From a virus, in IMG/VR virus record IMGVR_UViG_3300005264_000255, positions 1-64,000 of that record: 64,000 nt of DNA; one strand, 5' to 3'. The position numbers were made by a program, and so were the translations under genes. Positions 1 to 10,767 of this stretch are shown piece after piece; position 1 is the first letter of the stretch; each line of letters starts with the position of its first letter. The notes beneath the pieces are model-generated. The model did no database searches and was not told the DNA's origin. It saw only the letters and a program-made list of their open reading frames with translations.

Positions 1-663
1 TTTTTTACTATCTTGGTTATATAGAAACATTATTAAGTTCTTAGTATCTATTTTAATATGTGACCATTGTTTAGCTAAACTCTGAAAATTAATCTTACCC
101 TTACTATCCTTAACCTGTACATGTGGACGAAAACCTAATTCAAAATGTTCTTTAAAAACTTCTTCAGTAAACTCGTATAATCCATCTATATCGGATAAAT
201 TATTAAGTTTAATAATTGTATCTATAGTGTTCTTATTACTGAGACCTTCCTCCATATTTACTTCGATGACGTTACTACTGGGAATAATGTTACATTTACT
301 ACCACATACATCAATAACCTCATCTTCTATAACTACATAATCGACTATGTCATTATCATCAATAAATTTCATGATCTGATTACCACGATGAGTTAGTTTA
401 TGACTAGTCTCTCCTAAGATCCTTTCCATATACTTAAAATTTGCTTCTGATAAACGTTCTTTTAATATATCCATTCTCCATGAACTGGAAACCACAATAA
501 CTGAATCCTTTACTCTTTTAAGTATGAATTCTAATCTACGCATTAGATGCCGCTCTATGGGATCATTACCTAAATCGTCATAATTACAACTACGATAGGT
601 ATTACTGAGTATGTTAAGTACTCCATCAACATCCAAGAATATTACTTTCTTATCTTTAAACAT
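1..663 (-). CDS. HAD-superfamily phosphatase (Swiss-army-knife RNA-repair HAD-like), runs off the window edge
   Basis: Not in the ORF track. Manual translation from ATG 663 (SD AGGAG at 671-675): MFKDKKVIFLDVDGVLN...VIVVSSSWR...YVVIEDE, i.e. DxDGV, SSSWR and acidic HAD motifs. Open to position 1. Confidence 0.8.
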   Translation of the reverse strand, partial: MFKDKKVIFLDVDGVLNILSNTYRSCNYDDLGNDPIERHLMRRLEFILKRVKDSVIVVSSSWRMDILKERLSEANFKYMERILGETSHKLTHRGNQIMKFIDDNDIVDYVVIEDEVIDVCGSKCNIIPSSNVIEVNMEEGLSNKNTIDTIIKLNNLSDIDGLYEFTEEVFKEHFELGFRPHVQVKDSKGKINFQSLAKQWSHIKIDTKNLIMFLYNQDSKK

Positions 664-678
664 CTGTATTCTCCTATT

Positions 679-1506
679 TTAAAATTTAACCTTTGGTAGT
701 AAGTCTGCTAATATCTTACCTATAGAAGGGTCTTTCATTTTAATACTCGCAATTATATTCACAGGAGTAGCTTGTGGTCTCCAGTGTAACTGTAGTGCTA
801 ATTTATATAACAAACTTCTAAACTTGATATTCTGTGGTTTGATTAATGTTGCATCTCCTAATATAAAGTATAGTAACTTGTTAAATGGAAAAATAGCCAT
901 AGATTTAGTACCTATTTTACTATATTTAGTATACCATAAACTACTGTCTTTTATAACACCTGTATTTGATTCTATTAATGAAACTTTCTTATTAACAAAG
1001 TTTAATAAGTCCATACCTATATGAGTAGCTATAAATGAATTTTCATAATACGGTAGAATATGTGTTGTTTTAAAAGTAATACCTTTATTCTTCTCTAATA
1101 ACAGATTACAAGCTTGATCTTCTGTAATTAATATAAAATGTTTAAGTCCTTTAAAATCTTCCACCTCTCGGAAGTTAGCCCAATCATTATATACCTTCTT
1201 ATAGTCAGGTACATATATATGTATGTCGATAGCTACAGTAAAACAAGCTTCTGCAAATTTAGTAGTATCTGTCAGGAACATATTATATATATTGTTTAAA
1301 CTTGTTTTATCCTTTAACATCTTTATCTTCTCTTCTGCGTTACCATCTAAACAATTAATAAAATTACGATACATAGTCTTGGCATTGAAAAGTAAATGTT
1401 TGTTTTTTATACCTGCCTCATTTAGTTTCTCTACAATGATACCTGTAGAGATATTACATCCAAAATCTGATGTAGCATCAGAGTTTAATAAAATCATTTT
1501 ATTCAT
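679..1506 (-). CDS. Conserved phiKZ-like hypothetical protein next to SbcD, possibly nuclease-related fold
   Basis: Motifs THIGMDLL, IESNTG..WYTKY and PFNKLLYFILGD resemble the conserved jumbo-phage gene downstream of SbcD. Likely start is ATG 1506 (SD AAGGA), not the TTG at 1560. Confidence 0.55.
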   Translation of the reverse strand: MNKMILLNSDATSDFGCNISTGIIVEKLNEAGIKNKHLLFNAKTMYRNFINCLDGNAEEKIKMLKDKTSLNNIYNMFLTDTTKFAEACFTVAIDIHIYVPDYKKVYNDWANFREVEDFKGLKHFILITEDQACNLLLEKNKGITFKTTHILPYYENSFIATHIGMDLLNFVNKKVSLIESNTGVIKDSSLWYTKYSKIGTKSMAIFPFNKLLYFILGDATLIKPQNIKFRSLLYKLALQLHWRPQATPVNIIASIKMKDPSIGKILADLLPKVKF

Positions 1507-1537
1507 GTTAGTCCTTTTAATAATTTCACACTGTTTA

Positions 1538-1565
1538 AGATATTGACAGTACGCCGTCAATATCT
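1538..1565 (-). terminator. Intrinsic-terminator-like hairpin
   Basis: agatattgac-N8-gtcaatatct inverted repeat. Confidence 0.6.
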
Positions 1566-1720
1566 ATTATTCAGGAATTTTTATATCCATTAAAACATTA
1601 CTAGGAATAGTAATATTAACATAAGAACCATTATGATAATCTCTTTACCAACATATGGGTTATAGTCTACATATACTAAATCAGGTATGACTACTTTCTC
1701 AGGTTTCATGTTTTTTCATT

Positions 1721-2083
1721 TTAGTTACTTTCTTCTGACAGATGAGATCCGACCAATACATGGTCTCTAACATATTGTTCAGAGTCATTTACCAATATAT
1801 TGGTATGCCTACCATTACTAGCAACTAATGCTCTGATTATCATATTGTCATTTAAGGATAATTTACACCATTCCTCCTCATGAATACGATTAGCTTTTCT
1901 ACCATTCTTTAACTTACTAACTATAATATCTTTACGTTTATTTACATTAAGGTACATGTCATCAGTATTAGAATAATGTTTTATTCTATTATCTATCGTA
2001 TGGATCTCTGTGTTTATAGCTACATACTCACCAATAATAATACCGTCTCTGTCTAGTCCATCTATATTTTTAATTACAGTCAT
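1721..2083 (-). CDS. Hypothetical early protein with C-terminal HEAT/LRV-like repeats
   Basis: LSLNDNMIIRALVA and LVNDSEQYVRDHV repeats; preceded by a TATATTAC promoter. Confidence 0.5.
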   Translation of the reverse strand: MTVIKNIDGLDRDGIIIGEYVAINTEIHTIDNRIKHYSNTDDMYLNVNKRKDIIVSKLKNGRKANRIHEEEWCKLSLNDNMIIRALVASNGRHTNILVNDSEQYVRDHVLVGSHLSEESN

Positions 2084-2124
2084 TCTTTACCTTTAATATT
2101 TAATTTATTTGTTACTTCATATAA

Positions 2125-2132
2125 GTAATATA
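2125..2132 (-). promoter_or_regulatory. Early promoter motif TATATTAC
   Basis: Matches the phiKZ early consensus; about 40 nt upstream of ORF 1721-2083. Confidence 0.7.
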
Positions 2133-2161
2133 CAAGTATTTTTACATAGACACTATCATAT

Positions 2162-3283
2162 TTAACTATAGTTATCTATAAATTCTTTCTCGATACTATG
2201 TACCAGACTTTCATCATTAAGTTCAGTATTCTTCTCCTGAATATACTTTAGTATAGTGTTGTAATCTAACCTACTTACTCTCTTGGGTATAACCTCTATA
2301 TTAATAGCCGTAGTCACATCATTCTTATCAGAACTCTTAAATGTGATATTTAAGTTAGTATAATTCTTAGTTAACTCTAACATATTCTGTCGAATAGGTT
2401 CGTTTATATCCGCATGTAGTCTTAAGTTAAACCTATTTAAATCATTATGATTATTATATCGTTCCAGTTGTTTGTAAATATATGATAGGTCTTTACCTCT
2501 TACATCTATAGTCTTAAACTTTAAAGCCTCTTTATTATCCAAAAATCTAAATCTAAATTTACTATCTTTTATGGTATAATTAATATATACACCACCTTTA
2601 GTATTATCGTCACTATGATTCATAGCATCGAAGCTACCTGGGGTTATTATTCTTTTGTAATTACTACGACTATGATGATGCCCTATTATAATAGGTCCTC
2701 TTACTATATCTAAATAATCTTTAGGTATATGTACATTAGGTAGAGGTATCGGTAGCTGATAATCAAATGTACCATGCATAACTGCTATATCCACTTTATC
2801 AATAGCAAGTTCTTTTAATTTAAACTGTACCTCTTGATATATTTCTGCTGTAGTAGGTTTAGCTTCATCTGGTACATATAGTACTGTCGTCATTAACTTC
2901 TCTATATACTCTATCTCTATCTCTTCTACATACCTAAAATCCACATCAATGTCTAACTTGTCTAGTATAGTAAAGATTAACTTAACCTGTTTCCAATCAT
3001 GACCAGGAGTTCCTTCTAATATACGTAAGATGATATCCTGTTCTTTACAAAATAGTATAAGTTCTGTTAACCATTCTAAAGCAAGATTAATTTCTAACCC
3101 ATTACTAGATAATAATTTATCGAATACATCTCCACTGATTATTATCAGTTTAGTCTTTATGATGTCTTTACGATATTTGATAAAGAATTTTCTTAGATTA
3201 CATATAATGTTATCAGTATGATTTAGTGCATGTCCTAGATGTATATCAGATAAACCTAAAATTGAATATTGTTCTAATTTCAT
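2162..3283 (-). CDS. sbcD: SbcD/Mre11-like metallophosphoesterase nuclease
   Basis: SDIHLGH, SGDVFD, EGTPGHD, MHG and GHHH motifs. Confidence 0.9.
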   Translation of the reverse strand: MKLEQYSILGLSDIHLGHALNHTDNIICNLRKFFIKYRKDIIKTKLIIISGDVFDKLLSSNGLEINLALEWLTELILFCKEQDIILRILEGTPGHDWKQVKLIFTILDKLDIDVDFRYVEEIEIEYIEKLMTTVLYVPDEAKPTTAEIYQEVQFKLKELAIDKVDIAVMHGTFDYQLPIPLPNVHIPKDYLDIVRGPIIIGHHHSRSNYKRIITPGSFDAMNHSDDNTKGGVYINYTIKDSKFRFRFLDNKEALKFKTIDVRGKDLSYIYKQLERYNNHNDLNRFNLRLHADINEPIRQNMLELTKNYTNLNITFKSSDKNDVTTAINIEVIPKRVSRLDYNTILKYIQEKNTELNDESLVHSIEKEFIDNYS

Positions 3284-3340
3284 TTACTTCCTTTTAATAG
3301 TAAATCTATTTTCTTGATAAAAAGAAAATAAGGATATAAG

Positions 3341-3754
3341 ATGGCTATTAAAACCGTACCGTCGTTAACTACTGATGGTTTTTTAACACATATACCCACC
3401 ATGATAGTTAAAATTTATGAATATTTTACTATATCAGATTATTCACAATCTGTATGTTTTTTTGGAAATATATCCAGTCTAACATACATAGTTAATACAT
3501 ATAGTACCAAGCCTGATATGGTAAGACTAGAATTAATGAATACATTAACTAAGTTATATAATAACTATTGGGATAACATCGATATAGATGTTGAGATTAA
3601 ATCATTTATCAATGATGTTTATGACATCAATGTAGATGTATCTGTTACTGATTCAGATGGTAATGTCCATTCACTTAGGAGAAATTTAGTTTTAGATGTT
3701 AAGTCTTTCTTGAACAACTCCATAAATTTAGAATTTATTAAAGGAAACACATGA
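3341..3754 (+). CDS. Conserved phiKZ-like protein, possibly gp25-like baseplate wedge
   Basis: PSLTTDGF..YF.ISDYSQS motif; divergent from sbcD as in phiKZ-like phages. Confidence 0.5.
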   Translation: MAIKTVPSLTTDGFLTHIPTMIVKIYEYFTISDYSQSVCFFGNISSLTYIVNTYSTKPDMVRLELMNTLTKLYNNYWDNIDIDVEIKSFINDVYDINVDVSVTDSDGNVHSLRRNLVLDVKSFLNNSINLEFIKGNT

Positions 3755-4317
3755 ATTTAAATAAAGCGATTAGTGTCGGTAGACAAGAAGAACTGTCTAT
3801 TATTGAAGAACTTGGTAAAAGTTTAAAGACCATTTGTAATGTATCTAAAACTATAGATCTTAGTACCTTTGAAACATATTTCTTACCTTATATAATTGGT
3901 GAGTTAGAACATGATGATATTAACAATGCTGTATTTATAGATAATTATAGTACTGTATCTGGAAGTATTCGTACAGGTATTAATGTTGTTGATAGTAATG
4001 ATGATGTACTATATGAACTACCACCTTTGTTAGCCGAAACTAATGAAATGGATTTAGGTATTAGTTTTAACAAGATTATTCAAAAATGTAATAGCCCTGA
4101 GTTACTAGTTCAACGAAGTGGACAGGGTAATTTAAATACTGCCTGTAATGTAATAGAGAAGACTTTTAACGATAGTAATAAGATAGAGGATGATATTGTA
4201 AAAACCATAACACAAATTCATATTGATTACAATGATAGAAAGTCCCCTGATAAGCAGATTAGCAATGTAGCTACTAGTGTTAAAGATGATTACGATGATG
4301 ACTTTATAGACTACTAG
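3751..4317 (+). CDS. Hypothetical protein (phiKZ-like conserved)
   Basis: 188 aa, ATGA-coupled to the previous gene; FETYFLP and YELPPL motifs. Confidence 0.5.
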   Translation: MNLNKAISVGRQEELSIIEELGKSLKTICNVSKTIDLSTFETYFLPYIIGELEHDDINNAVFIDNYSTVSGSIRTGINVVDSNDDVLYELPPLLAETNEMDLGISFNKIIQKCNSPELLVQRSGQGNLNTACNVIEKTFNDSNKIEDDIVKTITQIHIDYNDRKSPDKQISNVATSVKDDYDDDFIDY

Positions 4318-4343
4318 TATAACGCATATGCGTTATACTAGTA
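4312..4343. terminator. 32-bp perfect palindrome between convergent genes
   Basis: tactagtataacgcat|atgcgttatactagta. Confidence 0.75.
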
Positions 4344-4659
4344 ATGTTTTACTAATGGTATATCCATTATTTTCTTTCATCCCTACAATATTAGCTAGAT
4401 TAAATACATAGTTCTCAGAACCCATACTAATCTTAAGTATATAAGCACGATTACTATCTAACTTAATATTTTCCATTATGTTTTTTAGTAAACTATATCT
4501 AAGAGATAGTTCATAGAACTCTACTTTAAGTGTATTGCTTTCCTCTAATGATGGAAAAGCATTCATCTTACTCTTAACCTTTTCATCAAATAGATTAACA
4601 TCGATACATACACCGAATAACTTACCCTCGTTAACTGTAATTTTAAATAGATTATACAC
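4333..4659 (-). CDS. Hypothetical protein
   Basis: 108-aa ORF overlapping the upstream stop. Confidence 0.5.
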   Translation of the reverse strand: MYNLFKITVNEGKLFGVCIDVNLFDEKVKSKMNAFPSLEESNTLKVEFYELSLRYSLLKNIMENIKLDSNRAYILKISMGSENYVFNLANIVGMKENNGYTISKTLLV

Positions 4660-5986
4660 TTGTTACTCCTTTTTCAATTCGTTTAAATGATACGAATAAT
4701 ATCGAGATGGATACTTTTCTTACCATGTCATATGACCGATTACATCCTTGTAATATACCTGTAGTAGTAACCACCTTATCTTTTTCTAAGAACATATATT
4801 TAACAGCCATTCCTGGTATTAAAACTTCTGAATTAATGTTAGGTAGCTTTATAGTAGCTAACACACTCTTATTCTTATTTATATTACTATAATAGATATA
4901 TTCATTCTCTTTTTGATTTATTTCAATATACTTAGCATAATCAAGAATCCTATTATCATTATGATAATCAAATGTTTCGTCACTCTTAAACGTAATTTTG
5001 GTATCAGTTACATTTACTAACGACTTATCATTAAATAAATCTTTCTTTATAGAGATAACTCCATTTCCTTCATTGTATCTATTATGTTCATTAATATCAT
5101 TAAACGATATCTCTGATATAGCAATCTTATAGGTATTAACGTCATAGAATGCATTGTTATCATTTTTAGTTACATTTGGTAAATTTGGATTAATTAACAG
5201 AAGTCTAGGTAAATCTAACTCTTCTTCGTATCGTTCATAGTTAAATAATGGATAAATATATATATCGTAAGTGGTAGCTAAAGTTGTCGTATCCAACTTA
5301 CTAAAATATATACCTATATCTCCTTTATATAATCCATAACTATTATGTTGTAATTCGTATGGTAATTTGATAATCTTTGTAAAGGGCTTAATGATAATGT
5401 TATTAAACACCTGATCATTATCACTCTTATATATATTTAGGTTATATATCAACTTCTTACCTATAACCGTAATATCTTTTAACCCATGAGATAATATCCC
5501 TTTCAATAACTTGGTTAAGGTAATATCGTGATATATTCCTGAAGTAATCTTGTTCTTAAGTGCTAGTGTTAAAGGGTCGATACACTGTATATTACATTCA
5601 AACATATCCTGTTTATCTAGTTCAGTCATATCTAAATTTGAAATAGTAGAGTTATATTCCGTAGGTAGTTTATTTAGTATAGTACCCTTATACTTATTCT
5701 TAACCTTTTTTGTACCTGTTTTAATTTCTATAGTAACTTCCAGACTATCCCTCTGAGCATATATATCTCTGATAAATGTACCCATAGGTATCATAAAATC
5801 TATAAATATTATATCTGATATATCAGTGTTATAATTACATTCTGTTCTATATGTTTGTAAATGACCTACAGTCATATTCATGGACTCAGTATGTATTATC
5901 ACCGCTACAGTCGGTATTACATATGGCGTAGCATTATCAATGATACCTAATACCTCGGTATCTATTAAATTCTGTTTCTGTAACAT
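4652..5986 (-). CDS. Virion structural protein (phiKZ gp101-like, possible baseplate hub)
   Basis: IIHT...D.IFIDF.IPMG.F...IY..RDSLEVTI and LIPGMAVKY motifs; position in the structural block. Confidence 0.6.
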   Translation of the reverse strand: MLQKQNLIDTEVLGIIDNATPYVIPTVAVIIHTESMNMTVGHLQTYRTECNYNTDISDIIFIDFMIPMGTFIRDIYAQRDSLEVTIEIKTGTKKVKNKYKGTILNKLPTEYNSTISNLDMTELDKQDMFECNIQCIDPLTLALKNKITSGIYHDITLTKLLKGILSHGLKDITVIGKKLIYNLNIYKSDNDQVFNNIIIKPFTKIIKLPYELQHNSYGLYKGDIGIYFSKLDTTTLATTYDIYIYPLFNYERYEEELDLPRLLLINPNLPNVTKNDNNAFYDVNTYKIAISEISFNDINEHNRYNEGNGVISIKKDLFNDKSLVNVTDTKITFKSDETFDYHNDNRILDYAKYIEINQKENEYIYYSNINKNKSVLATIKLPNINSEVLIPGMAVKYMFLEKDKVVTTTGILQGCNRSYDMVRKVSISILFVSFKRIEKGVTSV

Positions 5987-6015
5987 TTAATTTCCTTATA
6001 GAAAAATGCTTATGA

Positions 6016-6043
6016 AACATAGGATACTTTTGTACCCTATGTT
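6016..6043 (-). terminator. Hairpin terminator
   Basis: aacataggatac-tttt-gtaccctatgtt (the mismatch is a G-U pair on the minus strand). Confidence 0.6.
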
Positions 6044-6045
6044 AT

Positions 6046-6879
6046 TTAACATTTCTTATATGTCTCACGCTTGAATATTTTTTCAATAGTACTTTCACTA
6101 CGCTTAAATTCAATAGCAAGTTTACTAATAGACTCACCCTTACCTACTCGTTTACGTATTTCCTTAATAGTACTACACGGTAACGCTTTATATATGATGT
6201 TTTGTTTTTGTTTACTCACTTTCTGTTTGGTTACTGGAACAACATTTGATTTCTTTAACCCATTTAATTCGGATAGTAGTTTCCCATTACTTTCTTGTAA
6301 CTCTGTTATCAGAAGTAGATTAGCGTCATTCTGTGCAGATGTTTCATCTAATGCCTCTTTAGCCTTTTTCAGACATTCATCAGTAACCTCTTTAGTAATC
6401 CTAGCATGTACTTCAGCTAACTCTGTTTTATGTTTAGTTATAAGTTTTTTCTTCTCACTAGTAAATGATGCTACCTTACCTCTACTACGAACTAACATCT
6501 CTTCAAGTGTCATTACCTTCGTAGTTAAGTTTATGTTTTCATTACTATGTTTTTCAGTAGTCTTTTTCAGTGAAGTAAAACGCTCTTGTGTTAATTCGTT
6601 TTCTTCAGTCATGACAGTTAACTCATCAGTTAACTTTTGAATTTCCGTAGTATACTTATTTTCAGACATAATACTGTTTACTCTATCTACATTAATTTGT
6701 TGTTTTAATTTTTTAATATCACTTAAATGACTTTCATGTTCAACCTTGTAGTCTCTAACCTCTTTTTTCAACTCATAACAATCACGTATTAGACTTGTAA
6801 CATCGCTATATAGAACAACACTACTAAACCATCTTTTCCAAAAACCTACTTTCTTTATTTTACTAAGAATGTTTTCCAT
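6046..6879 (-). CDS. Coiled-coil protein with N-terminal amphipathic helix and C-terminal HTH
   Basis: KKVGFWKRWFS N-terminus, long heptad region, IKEIRKRVGKGESISKLAIEFKRSESTIEKI HTH. Confidence 0.65.
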   Translation of the reverse strand: MENILSKIKKVGFWKRWFSSVVLYSDVTSLIRDCYELKKEVRDYKVEHESHLSDIKKLKQQINVDRVNSIMSENKYTTEIQKLTDELTVMTEENELTQERFTSLKKTTEKHSNENINLTTKVMTLEEMLVRSRGKVASFTSEKKKLITKHKTELAEVHARITKEVTDECLKKAKEALDETSAQNDANLLLITELQESNGKLLSELNGLKKSNVVPVTKQKVSKQKQNIIYKALPCSTIKEIRKRVGKGESISKLAIEFKRSESTIEKIFKRETYKKC

Positions 6880-6893
6880 TATAATTCCTCTTT

Positions 6894-7520
6894 TTAATTA
6901 ACTAATAAACTGTCTACGTCAATGACGCTACTACTTGACTTAACACCATTTGACTTAACACCGTCCATGGCACTAAATCCATTACCTAAACCAAGTATCA
7001 TTCCACTATTACTAACTTTGTTAATACTATTTTTTATATTATTACTATTTATTTTAATCATATTAAGATAAAAATCGTTTATATATTCATATACTTCATC
7101 AGCGTTCTTAACTCTTCCATATTCAGCAATAGCTTCTAAGTCGTTCAAACATGGTGTAAGGATATTCACTATACGACCTACATCATCACGATTTACAGTA
7201 CGTACACTATATCCATTATTAAAAAGATCTATAATGTTTGCTAAGGGTAAATAAACATTCTTCATATCGTTTAATGAATCTTTATTTACTACATTATTAG
7301 TTACCGATGGTTCTAACTTACTATATGTATCTTTACTCGTACCATTTCTGATATTAAGTTTCCTAATGGGAACACCATCCAGAAACTCAATGTCTTCTTC
7401 GTCAGGAGCTAACTCAGTTTCACTCATCAGTGCGATGTATGGAACACCGACCATAAATCTATGACTATGTAACTCGTCTAGTATAGAAGATATACTTGTC
7501 CTTAAAAAACCTTTATTCAT
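6894..7520 (-). CDS. Conserved phiKZ gp100-like protein
   Basis: LANIIDLFNNGYSVRTVN..DV motif; gene order gp98-99-100-101. Confidence 0.5.
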   Translation of the reverse strand: MNKGFLRTSISSILDELHSHRFMVGVPYIALMSETELAPDEEDIEFLDGVPIRKLNIRNGTSKDTYSKLEPSVTNNVVNKDSLNDMKNVYLPLANIIDLFNNGYSVRTVNRDDVGRIVNILTPCLNDLEAIAEYGRVKNADEVYEYINDFYLNMIKINSNNIKNSINKVSNSGMILGLGNGFSAMDGVKSNGVKSSSSVIDVDSLLVN

Positions 7521-7530
7521 AAAGTTCCTT

Positions 7531-8790
7531 TTAAATAAATTTAACAGTAAATGTTGTTAAGTAATATTTTACAATATATATCTGTATTGGTATAAAATAA
7601 AACAACTCTTTTTCATCTAGGTTAAACACTTCCTTATTTAAAACTAGCATATCAGACATATTAATAACCCCACCTGTCATCATTGACAGAAATACGTTCT
7701 CAAACAGAGTTAATTCTTCCTTCTCTACATTAGTTAAAGTCTCTCCTCTTAGTACCTTATAAATAGATTCTCTAAATATATAATACTTATTATCTACCAT
7801 AGGAAAGAATTCATTAACAGTTGTATTATTACTTATAACTAAATCATCAGTTGTATTACTATTCTGTATAACACTACTAACACCTGTAAACATCATAGCC
7901 ATTAAGTAAGGATTAGTACCAAAATTATTACTACTCACATGTGTCATATGTTTACATAATCTACCAGTACTATAGTTATCATTAAGTATATAATCCAAAA
8001 CAGTGATAATATTGTAATCAAAATCTATTATCTCTATAGAGTTATCTAAATTATTAAGTCCTACTATATTTCTTATAAACTTTTCCAAGTAAGGATCATA
8101 TAGTAGACCATTTAATTTATTCTTAGTTACTACATAGAATCCATGTTCAGGTATGATAAACATGTTGTTCCAATGAATTAACAACCGTTCTAATGTACCA
8201 GTTAACTCTTTACGATTTCTTACTTCAGTAGTAGTATAAAGAGGCTTTACCTTATCAATACGAAAGTCTTTGTTATATATCAGTTCCTCATAAATAGAAT
8301 CCATTAACTTTATATATATAGGATCTTGTATATCATGTATCTCTGCATAAGACTTATAACTAATTTTAAATAAACCTTGATTGTTATAGTTTATTCTCTC
8401 TATCTCAGTTATACTAAAAATAATGATACGACCATCTGGTAATTTAGATAGGATTATATCATTAGGATTTGGGATTATATCAATATCTATTATACCACTA
8501 CCTCCTAGAGCATCCTGAGTACCGCTACCTAAAGGTGAATCTACACGAATTATCATGTTGGATATCTTTATATATTCCTGTAGAGTAATATCTACATTAA
8601 CATCAAACTGAGTTACAGGTGTTGTTTCATCTACCTTTCTATGTAGGTATGTAACATCCCATGAATAACCTGGTAGGGTTACTAAGATACTTGCATCTAC
8701 TCTCTCATTATCGTACAGCGGTACAAGTGAGTTATCTTCTTTATTTATTACAATCTCTTCTATCTCTTCACGTAATCCAAAAATTGCCAT
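7531..8790 (-). CDS. Virion structural protein (phiKZ gp99-like)
   Basis: GYSWDVTY, LQEYIKI, PNPNDI and YDPYLEKF motifs; synteny. Confidence 0.6.
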   Translation of the reverse strand: MAIFGLREEIEEIVINKEDNSLVPLYDNERVDASILVTLPGYSWDVTYLHRKVDETTPVTQFDVNVDITLQEYIKISNMIIRVDSPLGSGTQDALGGSGIIDIDIIPNPNDIILSKLPDGRIIIFSITEIERINYNNQGLFKISYKSYAEIHDIQDPIYIKLMDSIYEELIYNKDFRIDKVKPLYTTTEVRNRKELTGTLERLLIHWNNMFIIPEHGFYVVTKNKLNGLLYDPYLEKFIRNIVGLNNLDNSIEIIDFDYNIITVLDYILNDNYSTGRLCKHMTHVSSNNFGTNPYLMAMMFTGVSSVIQNSNTTDDLVISNNTTVNEFFPMVDNKYYIFRESIYKVLRGETLTNVEKEELTLFENVFLSMMTGGVINMSDMLVLNKEVFNLDEKELFYFIPIQIYIVKYYLTTFTVKFI

Positions 8791-8826
8791 CTTATATCCT
8801 CATATTTATTTAATCAAAAAAATAGA

Positions 8827-8852
8827 TATGTTCTAGGGTTTCCTAGAACATA
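8827..8852 (-). terminator. Hairpin terminator
   Basis: tatgttctagg-gttt-cctagaacata, followed by a T-run on the minus strand. Confidence 0.7.
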
Positions 8853-10142
8853 GCCACTTGATAATGTGTACTCCATTAATCCTACTATTGGTATATGGTA
8901 TATTTAACTTGTTACATAAATCAATATCATCATTTAAGCTACCTACAGAATTACTAGTATAGTTTATATCATCAAGATCTGTTAACATGGTTATAAGTAT
9001 ATGATATGTAGATTTAGGATCTAGTGGTATCGTAGTTTTAATAATGTTATCATCTGTTTTATATAATCCTAAATCTCTAATATATTTAAACTCATAAAGT
9101 TCAATTAGAAATAGTGATTGTCCACATATAAAAAGTTTATTACCTGTATTTTTCTTTAAAGCCTCTATGATTATTAAAGGTAAGTTAACATATTATTATG
9201 TTTACTACCATTATCAGGAACTCTGAATGTGTCATATGTAGGTATAACTGATAACGCATCCGTATAGTTTTTAGTATCGTTAATGATGGTACTATACATA
9301 TTAGAAATATCTAATTCATTCTTAGAGTTCAGAATAGGTTTAACCCTCTCAGTCCTAGGTATCCATATATCATCTAGGCTTCTATTATTAACTAATATAG
9401 GATAGTCTATTCTAACTCCTGTAGGTTTGTCTATACTAAAACTAATCTCAAAGGTTAAGGAATATTCCGTATCCTCTCTACTGATAACAATATCCTTAGG
9501 TTTGGTATTAATATTACATATACGATTAGTCTGTATACCTCTAAATACAGGTCTTCTATATGTATTTTTCTTATTACTCATATAGTCCAATTTAAAGACC
9601 GCTATAGAGTTTAAGTATGATTCTAGACTATCTATTCCCTTTAATCTTTTAATGTTCTCTAGTAGCACTAGAACGTTGTCTGGTAACATATAACTATATG
9701 GTATATCTAGTAATAATGTATAACCACTATGATTATAGTAATTTAATAGACTATTCTTTATATTTAGTAACTTTGCTTTGGATTGTGCTCTATATTTAAA
9801 TTCTATATTAATTAACGTAGATAAGTAAAGAGGACGTATCTTTAGTTTATTATCTCTATCAGCTAGTATTATTCTGTTAATAGGTTTCATAGTACTATTC
9901 TTTAAACTAAGTTCTTCATTCTCACTAACAGTTGTAATAATATCTACAGTACTACCTCCTACTGGATTATCATAAACATTATCAGGTACTGAAACACCCT
10001 CTTCGTTATACATCGATACCATGTTAAGAAACATGGTATCATCCTTAATTATTTTTTCATTAACAAATGCTACTGCAGTATTTACAGCAGGGGATATTGT
10101 TAATTGTTCTATACCGTCCAATGTAGCCAGTTTAGTAACCAT
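8833..10142 (-). CDS. Virion structural protein (phiKZ gp98-like), frameshifted near 9180
   Basis: ORF 9174-10142 (IDYPILVNN, IPTYD) continues in another frame (NLPLIIIEALKK...PLDPKSTYHILITMLTDL...) to TAG at 8833. Confidence 0.6.
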
Positions 10143-10151
10143 GATAAACTC

Positions 10152-10685
10152 CTAATCCATTCTATTAATATTTTTAATATTACCAATAAAAAAACAAATA
10201 TACTTATACCCCATTACAGGATGTAATATACTTACGATATCCTTAAATTTAATTAGGCTTACTTCTGGACTGGGTTCCGACATAAGAGTTACATCATTTC
10301 TATTACCTTCAGATAAGCTATGTCTGTCTTGTTCTATCCTATTCTGAACTACCACTAGTTGGCGTATATATCTTTCACAATTAGCAGTACTGTCTACAGT
10401 AAGCTCCTCTAGTATATCTATTAGTATTTTAAAATATACTTTCTGTCTTTCTACATAAGGTTGAAAATCTGGACAACTATTAATTTTTAATATTGCGTCT
10501 CCAACTGTTTGTACATCAGCCACAGCTTCTTGACTAAAACTTAATAACACATCAATAATACCTAACCTACCTAACTTATTCTCGCATCCTTTGATGTATC
10601 TGACAACCTCATCATATGACGCATATGTCATATCCATTTTAGGTACTGCATATTCATCATCTATATTTAAATCTACTTTTATCAT
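10152..10685 (-). CDS. Hypothetical protein
   Basis: 177 aa, SD AAGGA. Confidence 0.55.
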   Translation of the reverse strand: MIKVDLNIDDEYAVPKMDMTYASYDEVVRYIKGCENKLGRLGIIDVLLSFSQEAVADVQTVGDAILKINSCPDFQPYVERQKVYFKILIDILEELTVDSTANCERYIRQLVVVQNRIEQDRHSLSEGNRNDVTLMSEPSPEVSLIKFKDIVSILHPVMGYKYICFFIGNIKNINRMD

Positions 10686-10741
10686 TATTCTTCCTTATTA
10701 AATTTAATCAAAAAAATAAACATTAATTATTTTAAAGTTGT

Positions 10742-10767
10742 AGTAAGGTAGGAAAACCTACCTTACT
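10742..10767 (-). terminator. Hairpin terminator
   Basis: agtaaggtagg-aaaa-cctaccttact overlapping the stop of 10763-11275. Confidence 0.7.
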
